Below, in pieces: positions 29,630-38,698 of a stretch of DNA of 56,556 nt. Below the pieces are notes generated by a model that ran no database searches, was not told the DNA's origin, and was given only the letters and a program-made list of their open reading frames with translations. The translations under genes were made by a program, and so were the position numbers. Where the stretch lies: IMG/VR virus record IMGVR_UViG_3300009529_000009. The stretch is one strand, 5' to 3'. The stretch's first letter is position 1, and each line of letters starts with the position of its first letter. Source of the DNA: a virus.

Positions 29630-32400
29630 CAGAGAAGTGCCCGCTAAAGGAACTCGTTGGGACAGTGATCCGCACCTGTGGCGTAGAGCCATGGGGTGTG
29701 GAGCGCCCTACGCTCTACATCCTTGGAGAGGCGCCGGGCTCACAAGAGGACTTTCACGGCGTGCCCTTCATCGGACCCGCCGGGCAACTCCTCCGCGATT
29801 GCCTGCGACGCATGCAGATCCCAGACGTCATGATTCGCATCAACAACACAGTCAGGTGTGCACCATTCAACACGAAGGCTGGCAAGATCGGCAGACCAGC
29901 AGCACCGCACATAAAGGCGTGCAGGCCGTCTGTGCTGCGTGACATTGAGTTGGCGCAGCCGAAGGTGATACTCACCCTGGGCGACATCCCGACGAAGGCG
30001 TTGTTAACGACAACAGCTGGGATCATGAGCATCCGAGGGACAGTCCAGCAGACAACGATCGGTCAGCAGACATACACGGTTGTGCCGACCATCCACCCTT
30101 CTTACATCCGGCGCCAAGGGAACGATGTGACGCTGCTCACGTTCTTCATGCACGACATCAAGCTCGCCTGGAGTCTTGCACAGGGTGGCGCTACATCACA
30201 GAGCGCTCAGGCCCGGTATGCCAAGCGTGACTACGCCATGCTCAGGAGTATCGACGAAGTCAAGGCCTACGTTCAGGAGTGCGTGCAGGAGGTCACCACG
30301 AAGGGTGGCTACATCACAGCAGACTTCGAGGCCGCCGGGCTCCAAGCGAATGACCCACAACTCGCCTGCCTCGGGCTCGCGGTGAGCTACCGTGCCCACC
30401 AAGGTCGCTACATTCCAATGGACCATTGGCAATCGCCGCTCAGTGGGCAGATGACAAGACTCTCTGAGATACTGGCTCCCCTCTGTAATATCCCCATGGC
30501 CAACCAGAACATGAAGTTCGACTGGCAATGGTGGCGGCACCGTCTCGGGCTCATGCCGAAGCAGATCGTCTTTGATCCAATGCTGGCCCACCACTGCATC
30601 TTCACAGGGAGCAGGCCGAACGACTTGGAGACCATGGGTGGGCTCTACCTTCAGGAACCCTCGTGGTCCTACCGGCTGATCGACAAGGTGAAGGAAGCAC
30701 GGACGTATATCGACAAGGAGATCCGCGCAGCGAAGAAGGCAAAGGACGAAGGCGCCCAGCAGTACTGGCTGCGCTGGAGAACAATCGCACGCCAGGGCGC
30801 GGGCTACGCGGTGGCACCACTGGAGGACCTCGCGCTCTACGCGTGCATCGACTCTGATGTGACGTGGCGCCTCGTGCCATTGATCATGAAGATGCTCCAG
30901 GAGCACGGTCTCTATGATGTCTACAAGCGGCACTACCAGGATGCCATTGTTCCGTTCGGTGACATGCAGTATGACGGCGTTGCGATCGACAACAGGGTCG
31001 TGGCGCAGCTGAAGGAAGAGATCCCGTCGAGCATGAAGTTGATCGAGGCCGAGATCAACTCGACCAAGTATGCAGAGACGACGCTGCAGATTATGGGCAA
31101 GGACCCCACGAAGGAATCTGTCAACCTGGGATCTCCGCAGCAGATGGCGACGCTGATCTATGATGTGATGAAGATGCCACCTGCAAGGATACCGAACAAG
31201 CCTCCGCGTACGACTGAGGCCGACCAGCTTGAACAGTTGCTCGGATGGACGAGGCGGAACAACAAGAAGCGGCCGCACGCTGTCCTGTCGAAGCTGAGCG
31301 ACTGGCGCACACTGCAGAGGTATCTGGGAACGTATGTCGAATCGAACCTCAAGTACCAGGACAGGTTTGGTCTAGTCCACCCGACGTGGAACGTGACAGG
31401 TGCTCGTACCGGGCGCTTCTCAGCGCAAGACCCACCGATCCACAGCGCTCCAGCTCAGGGTAACATCCGGTGCCAGTACGTTTCACGGTGGGCCGAGCAG
31501 GGCGGGTGTTTACTTGGTGCCGACGAATCACAGGTCGAGGTCCGTGTCTTCGCCTCGCTTGCAAACGACGTCAACCTGATCCGCTTCTACTGTGAGATGG
31601 CCGGAGCTGACCTCCACCGATATATGGCCAGCCTCTTGTTTGATGTACCGTACGAGCATGTGACGACCGAGGAACGTCGAATTGCGAAGACCTGTGTGTT
31701 TGCCTCGCTCTACGGCGGCGGCGCGGGCAACCTTGCGGGTCAGACCGGCATGCTCAAACGTGATGCTGATATCGTTCACGCCAAGTTCCTCGCACTTGTG
31801 GCGGTTGAGCAGTTCAAGGCGCAGAAGAGCCAGGAGCTGTTCAAGTTTGGCTACGTCAGCACGCCATTCGGCCGACGCAGCATCATCAACATAGGCAACA
31901 CGCAGACGAGTGAGCGGCATGCGATCCGCCAGGCAATGAACACCCCTATCCAGTCGACGGCCTCCGACATTGTGGAGCTTGCTATCATTCGAGCGCGGCA
32001 GTATATGGACGAGATGGGCCTCAAGTCCAAGCTGATCATCTTCCACCACGACGCCATTTACTGGGACGTTTTCCCTGGCGAGCTATTCAAGCTGGTCCAC
32101 CTGGCACAGCGCGTCATGGTCGAAGAGCCCATGGCGATGTATCCGTGGCTCCGCGTACCCCTGAAGATCGGCATTGAGTTCGGGAAGTCTTGGGGAGACA
32201 AGATCGAGATAGACCACTTCGAGGGAGAGAAGCTGCACATACACTTCGAGGCGAGATCGGACGAAGAGTCCTGCTACGATCGCTACTATAAGAAGGTCGC
32301 TTCGCAGTTCGAGGGTCCGTTGGGACAGGTCCTTCAACTGCAGAACCTCGACTGGAGCCCACGTGAGATTCATGCGGTTGTGACACCGCGAGCTGGCTGA
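29614..32400 (+). CDS. Family-4 uracil-DNA glycosylase domain fused to family-A DNA polymerase (with 3'-5' exonuclease-like region)
   Basis: 928 aa. The N-terminus carries CIAEKC...GEAPGSQED...GVPFIGPAGQLL (UDG family 4). An exo-like ITADFEAAGL follows. PolA motif A is LLGADESQVEVRV, motif B is RRIAKTCVFASLYGGG and motif C is IIFHHDAIYWD. TTG start at 29614. Confidence 0.9.
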   Translation: MAYCIAEKCPLKELVGTVIRTCGVEPWGVERPTLYILGEAPGSQEDFHGVPFIGPAGQLLRDCLRRMQIPDVMIRINNTVRCAPFNTKAGKIGRPAAPHIKACRPSVLRDIELAQPKVILTLGDIPTKALLTTTAGIMSIRGTVQQTTIGQQTYTVVPTIHPSYIRRQGNDVTLLTFFMHDIKLAWSLAQGGATSQSAQARYAKRDYAMLRSIDEVKAYVQECVQEVTTKGGYITADFEAAGLQANDPQLACLGLAVSYRAHQGRYIPMDHWQSPLSGQMTRLSEILAPLCNIPMANQNMKFDWQWWRHRLGLMPKQIVFDPMLAHHCIFTGSRPNDLETMGGLYLQEPSWSYRLIDKVKEARTYIDKEIRAAKKAKDEGAQQYWLRWRTIARQGAGYAVAPLEDLALYACIDSDVTWRLVPLIMKMLQEHGLYDVYKRHYQDAIVPFGDMQYDGVAIDNRVVAQLKEEIPSSMKLIEAEINSTKYAETTLQIMGKDPTKESVNLGSPQQMATLIYDVMKMPPARIPNKPPRTTEADQLEQLLGWTRRNNKKRPHAVLSKLSDWRTLQRYLGTYVESNLKYQDRFGLVHPTWNVTGARTGRFSAQDPPIHSAPAQGNIRCQYVSRWAEQGGCLLGADESQVEVRVFASLANDVNLIRFYCEMAGADLHRYMASLLFDVPYEHVTTEERRIAKTCVFASLYGGGAGNLAGQTGMLKRDADIVHAKFLALVAVEQFKAQKSQELFKFGYVSTPFGRRSIINIGNTQTSERHAIRQAMNTPIQSTASDIVELAIIRARQYMDEMGLKSKLIIFHHDAIYWDVFPGELFKLVHLAQRVMVEEPMAMYPWLRVPLKIGIEFGKSWGDKIEIDHFEGEKLHIHFEARSDEESCYDRYYKKVASQFEGPLGQVLQLQNLDWSPREIHAVVTPRAG

Positions 32401-33107
32401 TGAAAGGAGGAGCAGTGGCAAAGAAGAAGGCCGTCAAGAAGAGTGCGTTGCAGGGTCAGGCTGCACCAGCAACGCAAGGGGGAACGCAGCCAACACCGGA
32501 TCAGGTGTATGTGCATCTGCCACCAGTGGAGGGACAGGCAGTGAACAAGCCTTCCTTCGACTTCGTGCAGCAGTACCTCTACACGAAGATCCAGAAGATC
32601 TACCAGGCGACACAGGCCTCGAACGATCAGCGGTTGCTGGAGACGATGCAGTACCTGAACCCGATGTACACGCAGATCGTGAACATCATCTCGTGGTTCC
32701 AGAACACCGAGATCCGTTCGATCGTCATGGAGTACGTGCGGATCGCGGAGAGCATTCGGTTCTACCGTACGTGGTCCACCGAGATGCAGCGCCTGGTCGA
32801 GCGTGTGCGCAAGATGCGCCAGCGCGACCTCGACATGCCGACCCGTCAGAGACTTGGTGAGATGTCCATGCAGGACAAGAGCATCAAGGTGACGAACGAC
32901 GCGGTCGACGCGCAGATCAGGAATGACCCGACGCACTCGATGTTGCAGGAGCTGCAGGATGACTGGGAGTACCTGGGCTACCAGCTGCAGAACCTGCTCG
33001 ACAGTATGCAAACAGAGATGCTCGTCCAGGCGAGCGTGTGGACCCAGCGCGAATTGGGACTGATCAGGGAGTCGTCTGACCCGCGATCACCCCAGGTGAC
33101 TGGCTAG
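32400..33107 (+). CDS. hypothetical protein (235 aa), translationally coupled to polymerase (TGATG overlap)
   Basis: The ATG shares its A with the polymerase TGA stop. Basic N-terminus. No recognisable domain. Confidence 0.6.
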   Translation: MKGGAVAKKKAVKKSALQGQAAPATQGGTQPTPDQVYVHLPPVEGQAVNKPSFDFVQQYLYTKIQKIYQATQASNDQRLLETMQYLNPMYTQIVNIISWFQNTEIRSIVMEYVRIAESIRFYRTWSTEMQRLVERVRKMRQRDLDMPTRQRLGEMSMQDKSIKVTNDAVDAQIRNDPTHSMLQELQDDWEYLGYQLQNLLDSMQTEMLVQASVWTQRELGLIRESSDPRSPQVTG

Positions 33108-33120
33108 GGAGGTAATAGCG

Positions 33121-34953
33121 ATGCAACCAGGACAGATGATGCCTGGCGGGGGAATGCAAATGCCCGGGCAGCCGGGAATGGCACCCGTCGTCCCGCAGGC
33201 GGCTCAATTCGCACCTGCACAGCCTCCGGCGATGCCGCCGGGCGGCCAGGGTGGTGCTCCGGGTGTCGACGTCAACTCTATCATGGCTCGTGACGTCGAC
33301 ATGGAGAGCATCCGCAAACAGGCCGAAGAAATCAGCACGATGAACGCGGCGCGGAAGAAGGACACAGACTTCTACTCCTTCAAGACCGGTGACAACTGGT
33401 TCCGCGTGCTCCCGCCGTGGAGCGACGCGGCTGCACAGCGTGGAGCGTGGTCGAAGTTCCATTGCTCGCACCACCAGCTGCTCGGCAACCAGCACTCGTC
33501 GTGCTGGGAGAAGTCGTACCCGAACTACGGTTTCACGTGCCCGATCTGCCAGGTGATCGATGTGTACAGTCAGTACATGGGCGGCAGCCTCGACAACATG
33601 ACGCCCCGCTCCTACCAGTACGTCAACTCGGTGATCTACGACACGCAGGACATGGGCCGCACCATGTTGTACAGGCGGCTCAAGCCTTACGTCCTGCGCC
33701 TGCCCGTCTCGGTGTTCTCGGGTCTCGTGCAGCTGATGTCCATGCCGTACGTGGGATCGATCCTCAACCTTCAGACAGGTTGGATCATACTGATCAAGAA
33801 GCCCGTGTCGTTCCAGGGCAAGAACAGTTACACATGGCAACAGACGATGCAGGGTCCGCTCGCCGGTGATCCGAACACGATGCAGCAGATTCTCAGCGGC
33901 ATGCATGACCTCGACTCGTTCGCGAACTTCGGTATCCCGACGGTCGAGAAGCTCCAGAACCAGATGAAGATCGCAGAGACTCTGGCGCAGCAGTGCTTGC
34001 AGATGACAGGCTACCATCCGGAGCAGCTCGGCCTCAATCTGCAGCTCACCGTTCCCGACATCGTAGGCCAGACGCATGGTGCAGCCGCACCCGCGATGGG
34101 CCAGATGGGGATGCCGGGACAGCAGTTCGGACCTCAGGCAGGTCAGCAGTTCGCACCTCAGCCTCCAGCTCCTGCAGTGGGTGTGATGGGACCGCCGAAC
34201 CAGTTCCAGAACACCGCACCGGGTGTCGGTGGCCCAAGCTCAATGCCGATGCCTGCGATGGCCGGACAGCCTGCCACCGGGGTCCCGCAGTCAGCTCCTC
34301 AGCCAGCTCCAGTGGGTTCCTCGGTGGCAGCTCCGGCCGGAGTTGGACCGATGGGTATGATGCCCCCGGTCGGCGGGGCACCGGCTGCCGTGGCACCGGC
34401 ACCGACGCCAGCTCCGATGCTGGCACAGCCACAGCAGAACATGTGGGCGCCGCCAGCGGTGCCGGGCGCTCCTGTAGGGGCGCCAGCAATGGGTCCGGGT
34501 GTTGTTCCCCCAGGGGCTCCGATGATGGCTCCTGGTCCTATGCCCGCAGGGGCACCGGCACCAATGCCCATGCCTGCACCGGCTCCTCAGGCTGGCGCTC
34601 TCCCTCAGCCTCCGGCGATGCCGGGACAGGGAGGACCCCAAAGCCCTTTCCCCCCGGCTCCGGCCCCGCAGCAGGTGGCAACGTCCCCTACTGATGGTGC
34701 TGGAGAACCGGCGAAGAAGGGCAAGTCGAAAGGGAAGGCCAAGGCCGACAAGGTCCTATGCCCTGCCTGCGGTAACGAGTACAGCGGCCAACGCGGCTTG
34801 ACGACGCACCTCAACAAGTCCGCGAAGTGTAAGGCCGTTGCAACGCCCGCGACTCCTGCGGCGGTGCCAGCAGCTGTACCGGCTCCCGCGCCTGCCCCGG
34901 CACCGGCCGGGATGGCGGCTCCGAACTGGCAGCAGCCCCCTTTTTCCCAGTAG
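33121..34953 (+). CDS. putative ssDNA-binding protein (T4 gp32-like Zn-binding pattern) with ~230-aa Pro/Ala/Met/Gln-rich low-complexity region and C-terminal zinc-ribbon
   Basis: GGGAGG RBS. The pattern H..C-x11-C-x2-C (FHCSHHQLLGNQHSSCWEKSYPNYGFTCPICQ) resembles the gp32 Zn subdomain spacing. A long PAPAP/MPG repeat region follows. The C-terminus reads CPACGNEYSGQRGLTTHLNKSAKC. Its position between polymerase and recombinase fits an SSB. Confidence 0.5.
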   Translation: MQPGQMMPGGGMQMPGQPGMAPVVPQAAQFAPAQPPAMPPGGQGGAPGVDVNSIMARDVDMESIRKQAEEISTMNAARKKDTDFYSFKTGDNWFRVLPPWSDAAAQRGAWSKFHCSHHQLLGNQHSSCWEKSYPNYGFTCPICQVIDVYSQYMGGSLDNMTPRSYQYVNSVIYDTQDMGRTMLYRRLKPYVLRLPVSVFSGLVQLMSMPYVGSILNLQTGWIILIKKPVSFQGKNSYTWQQTMQGPLAGDPNTMQQILSGMHDLDSFANFGIPTVEKLQNQMKIAETLAQQCLQMTGYHPEQLGLNLQLTVPDIVGQTHGAAAPAMGQMGMPGQQFGPQAGQQFAPQPPAPAVGVMGPPNQFQNTAPGVGGPSSMPMPAMAGQPATGVPQSAPQPAPVGSSVAAPAGVGPMGMMPPVGGAPAAVAPAPTPAPMLAQPQQNMWAPPAVPGAPVGAPAMGPGVVPPGAPMMAPGPMPAGAPAPMPMPAPAPQAGALPQPPAMPGQGGPQSPFPPAPAPQQVATSPTDGAGEPAKKGKSKGKAKADKVLCPACGNEYSGQRGLTTHLNKSAKCKAVATPATPAAVPAAVPAPAPAPAPAGMAAPNWQQPPFSQ

Positions 34954-35041
34954 ACGAGCAGGAGGGGCCGAACGGTAAGCGTAACTGCTTCGGCTCCTCC
35001 AACGGCTCGGTGCTCTGTCGAACGTGCCTTCTTGAAGTCCG

Positions 35042-36247
35042 ATGCGGACGAGGAGTGCGGAACTCATGGTAGCGAAAAGGCAGACCAAGAAGACGACGCC
35101 CAAGAAGAAGAAGGCCAAGAAGAAGAGCACCAAGAAGCAGGCCGCAAAGAAGCAGAAGGGCAAGAAGGCAGAGCAGGCGGTCCCGGTCGGAGTGCTCGGG
35201 ACCGCCAAGCTCTACTCGGTTGTTCGCGAGCGTATCAGCTGTGGGTGTACTCCGCTCGATGCGATCATGGGTGGCCCCACCACTGTCACCGAGGACGGGG
35301 AGGTCATACCGAGCCCGTCTGACGGTACGCTCGCGACGAACTGGGGAGTTCCAGTCGGTCGTATCATTGAGGTCGTCGGAGCGTACAGCACAGGAAAGAG
35401 CACGTTCTGTGAAAACCTGGCTGCTCAGGTTCAGCGTGTTGGCGGCGAAGTCTGTATGGGGATTACTGAGTACACGCTCGACCCTGCACGCATGGCCCGC
35501 ATCGGTGTCGACACTCACGCGGTGAAGTACCTTGAGTTCGAGTTCATCGAGGACGGCTATGCGTGGATCAAGAGCCTCTTGGGTGGGAAGAAGCACAACA
35601 AGCCCATGCTGATCACATGGGATACTATCGGAGCATCACACTCCAAGGACGACCGACCGGGTTCTGGGGGTCGTGTTGTGCGCGAAGGACTGCGAGAGAT
35701 CACCGGGCTCGTCGCGAAGCACAACGCTCTCATGGTGTTCGTGAACCATGTGTCCGCGACGTTCAACCAGTGGGACACCGAGCCCGCGACACCGTTTGGG
35801 CAGGGCATCAGATTCCATGCTTCGATCCGCATGGAATTCCGCAGCGCAAAGAAGTTCTTGGAGGCCCAGGCTGTCCAGGCGGGAGGCCAGGTCTATGGTG
35901 AGTCGAAGGCGAGCTACGGTGTGATGCCGTATGCCGTGGCCCGCAAAAACAAGACGTTCCCGCCGCACCGAAGGACGCGGATACCTGTGACATTCCAAGG
36001 CGGATTCGACGATGACTTCGCCATGTTTGAGTACTTGTCACAGCGAGCAAGCCACATCAGTGTCACTGCACCAGGGAAAGAGGACGCACAGAACCTGGGC
36101 AAGGTGATCACGTTCCGTATGCCAACGCCTGCGGCGTGCTACTGGAATACGTACCGTCAGTTCTTGATCGAGCGAACCGATGTTAGAGCTTGGATGGTGG
36201 ACCAATGCCGAAGGCTGGCTTACAACGGCTTCGACCCGGTGGGGTAG
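35042..36247 (+). CDS. RecA-superfamily recombinase (RecA/UvsX/Sak4-like) with Lys-rich N-terminal tail
   Basis: GVPVGRIIEVVGAYSTGKSTFCENLAAQVQRVGGEVCMGITEYTLDPARMARIGVD aligns to the RecA core ([21 protein letters not shown]...DAEHALDP...LGVD). An alternative start lies at 35066. Confidence 0.85.
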   Translation: MRTRSAELMVAKRQTKKTTPKKKKAKKKSTKKQAAKKQKGKKAEQAVPVGVLGTAKLYSVVRERISCGCTPLDAIMGGPTTVTEDGEVIPSPSDGTLATNWGVPVGRIIEVVGAYSTGKSTFCENLAAQVQRVGGEVCMGITEYTLDPARMARIGVDTHAVKYLEFEFIEDGYAWIKSLLGGKKHNKPMLITWDTIGASHSKDDRPGSGGRVVREGLREITGLVAKHNALMVFVNHVSATFNQWDTEPATPFGQGIRFHASIRMEFRSAKKFLEAQAVQAGGQVYGESKASYGVMPYAVARKNKTFPPHRRTRIPVTFQGGFDDDFAMFEYLSQRASHISVTAPGKEDAQNLGKVITFRMPTPAACYWNTYRQFLIERTDVRAWMVDQCRRLAYNGFDPVG

Positions 36248-37173
36248 CCATAATTGACGGGTCGTACATACTCCATCGATCGATGCACCTGCCCGGCGCT
36301 GAGTCGGGTCCGCACGGTGCTCCGATCGGCGCTGCTATGAAATCGCTCCAGTCTCTGACAGCGATCGTCAGGACACTGAACCCGTCACGCGTGTTATGGG
36401 TTCATGACTTCGACAAGCATCCCAACCGAGTGGCCCTCTACCCTGAGTACAAGCGCAAGGAGTACAAGAGCGAAGAGGACCGCGTGGAGTCTGAGAACTA
36501 CAGGCAGATGTACATCTACCAGCGTGACATCCTCCTTCAGTATCTTCCGAGCTTCGGTGTGGTTGTGGTCAATGGGCCGCACGAGGCAGACGACACGATC
36601 TGGTACCTGTCAAACACGTTGGCCCAGTATAACTGCGACTCGTACGTCGTGTCTGAGGACAAGGACTTTGCGCAGATCCTTGGTGAGCACAGCATGGTCT
36701 ACTCTACGAATAAGGAGCTGGTCGTCGGTGCTGACAACTGGCGGGACTGGAGTGATTGGGGACCCTGGGAGGTGATCGTAGCGAAGGGCATCCTTGGCGA
36801 CTCGTCCGACAACATCCCGTCGCCCTGTAAGGGACTCGGCCCCGGCGGAGTGCGCAATCTCATGGACAAGTCGAAGGGTCCGAGCTTGGCGCAGATGGTA
36901 GAGGCTGTGAAGCAGCACTTCCCCAAGGCGAAGAAGTACCAGTCGCTGCTCGAAGCCGAAGTACAACAGCAGATCGAGCGCAACATCCAGCTTGTCTGGT
37001 TCTGGTCTGGCCTCGCGATGGGCGAAGAGGAACGGAACTGGGTCTGGATGCACTGGCATCAGCAGCCTGTGTTCAACTGGCAGGCCGTGATGCAATTCAT
37101 GACGCTGTACGAGATGAATCCTCTCCTCCGCACGTATGGATCATGGGTTCAAGCATTCGAGGTGTTGCGATGA
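36190..37173 (+). CDS. 5'-3' exonuclease / flap endonuclease (PIN-like + H3TH)
   Basis: VAIIDGSYILHRS, GPHEADDTIW, VVSEDKDFAQIL and GDSSDNIPSPCKGLGPGG are classic FEN/Pol I N-terminal-domain motifs. The start is TTG at 36190 or ATG at 36205. Confidence 0.85.
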   Translation: MDGGPMPKAGLQRLRPGGVAIIDGSYILHRSMHLPGAESGPHGAPIGAAMKSLQSLTAIVRTLNPSRVLWVHDFDKHPNRVALYPEYKRKEYKSEEDRVESENYRQMYIYQRDILLQYLPSFGVVVVNGPHEADDTIWYLSNTLAQYNCDSYVVSEDKDFAQILGEHSMVYSTNKELVVGADNWRDWSDWGPWEVIVAKGILGDSSDNIPSPCKGLGPGGVRNLMDKSKGPSLAQMVEAVKQHFPKAKKYQSLLEAEVQQQIERNIQLVWFWSGLAMGEEERNWVWMHWHQQPVFNWQAVMQFMTLYEMNPLLRTYGSWVQAFEVLR

Positions 37174-38213
37174 ACGTGATGACAGCAGGCTGCCTGCACA
37201 CACAGACCAAGAAGACTCTCGGTGGCGACGCCTTCGAGGCGACGGTTCGATGGGTCCACGACACGGTGCTGGCGCGGAATGTCAATGTGCTTGTGTGGCT
37301 CGGTGACACCATTGAGAGCGTTCAGGGCCAGGACCTCTTGGCAAACCTCCGGGCGAAGTGGGCCATCGACACCCTGAAGAGCCTCGCGGTGAAGCACGGC
37401 GTCCACGTCTACATGCTGATCGGCAACCATGATGTGTACTCGGATCTCTATTCTGCGCTCGACATCTTCGACCCTCCGCCAAGCTCGGCATTCTACTTTG
37501 TGAAGAAACCGATGGCGGTCGATTACGGGTCCTTCCGTATAGCTCTGCTACCGTTCGAGCCATGGATGGACAACCCAATGAACTGGGGCCAGCACAAGTT
37601 CCAGGATTGGGTCCAGACAGACGACAAGCCGACGGCGCTGTACACGCACGTTCCGATCGAGGGGATGATGCTCGGTGGGTCAAAGGACAAAGGTCTCGAC
37701 CTCGTTGACGTGACGATGCTCTTCAACATCGTCTTCGCCGGGCACTACCATATAGCGAACAACGCCGAGTACGACATTGGTCCCGTGATGACACCAATCC
37801 ATGTGCCTGGGTGTGTCATGGCGCACAACTTCAAGGACCTCGGTCGGTTTCATGGCGCGTGTTTGTGGCAGACAGATCCGGCGCCGACCGGCAGTGTGAC
37901 GTATTTGCAGAACCCGCACTCACACACGTTCTTCAGCGGGACCAAGGACCAGCTCGACATTGAGATTGCACGCTGCCCGTTCATTGGTGAGCAGCTCCAC
38001 GTGAACCTGACTGAGGATGTGGACCCGGCACCGTACCAGCAAGCTGGTATCAAGACTGTGCGGGTGCGGCCGAAGAAGGAGTCGGTTGTTGTAGCGAAGA
38101 AGGCTGTGTTCGATCTGGGTGGTGACCCAGTGGCAGACGTCGAGCGACTCCTGTCGGAGCGCGGGCAGTGTTCGCCGAAGCTGCTTGAGCTGGCGAGGAA
38201 GTTCTTGGCTTGA
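37170..38213 (+). CDS. Mre11/SbcD-like calcineurin-type metallophosphoesterase nuclease
   Basis: VLVWLGDTIE, MLIGNHD and VFAGHYH phosphoesterase motifs. ATGA overlap with the upstream stop (coupling). An alternative start lies at 37143. Confidence 0.85.
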   Translation: MNVMTAGCLHTQTKKTLGGDAFEATVRWVHDTVLARNVNVLVWLGDTIESVQGQDLLANLRAKWAIDTLKSLAVKHGVHVYMLIGNHDVYSDLYSALDIFDPPPSSAFYFVKKPMAVDYGSFRIALLPFEPWMDNPMNWGQHKFQDWVQTDDKPTALYTHVPIEGMMLGGSKDKGLDLVDVTMLFNIVFAGHYHIANNAEYDIGPVMTPIHVPGCVMAHNFKDLGRFHGACLWQTDPAPTGSVTYLQNPHSHTFFSGTKDQLDIEIARCPFIGEQLHVNLTEDVDPAPYQQAGIKTVRVRPKKESVVVAKKAVFDLGGDPVADVERLLSERGQCSPKLLELARKFLA

Positions 38214-38236
38214 GAGCAGGCATAGGGTAATCTGTT

Positions 38237-38692
38237 ATGAACATGAGGAACCCAACGTTCAAGTACGGTGACATGACTTCTCAGTGGAACCGGCCGGGCA
38301 CGGCGTTCATCGTCGACCCTGTTGGCAGCGTGATCAGGTACCTCGTCTTGCAGCCGATCGCTCGCCGCGTGGCTGAGAAACTCCGCCAGGAGAAGGAGCC
38401 GTACAACCTGCTCCTTTTCGACCCGGAACATCTCCGGGAGCAGTTCGCACGCGGCGGTGCCTCACTGATGTGCTGGTTTGGGATGATGCAATCGCACACG
38501 ATGTCCGTACTCCAGGCGGCAGTCGAGTCGCTGCAAGTGATGGCGGAAGACGACCCGAGGACAGCGTTCAACGTCGAGTTCCCTGGGCGTCACCGGATCG
38601 CTGACGCACATGTTCTTCAAGTCGTGAAGCACTTACCGGGGAACGTGACCTTCTGGCGCCCCAAGAACGAAGCTCCAAGAGCAGGCGGGTAG
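38237..38692 (+). CDS. hypothetical protein (151 aa)
   Basis: ORF between the SbcD-like and SbcC-like genes. No motifs recognised. Confidence 0.5.
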   Translation: MNMRNPTFKYGDMTSQWNRPGTAFIVDPVGSVIRYLVLQPIARRVAEKLRQEKEPYNLLLFDPEHLREQFARGGASLMCWFGMMQSHTMSVLQAAVESLQVMAEDDPRTAFNVEFPGRHRIADAHVLQVVKHLPGNVTFWRPKNEAPRAGG

Positions 38693-38698
38693 TGCCCG

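Noticed and set aside
34080-34700. Highly repetitive CCGGCACCGGC/GCTCC DNA as a possible CRISPR array or tandem-repeat element
   Set aside because: The repeats are irregular and in-frame within a long ORF, encoding a Pro/Ala/Met-rich low-complexity protein segment. There are no spacer-repeat periodicities.
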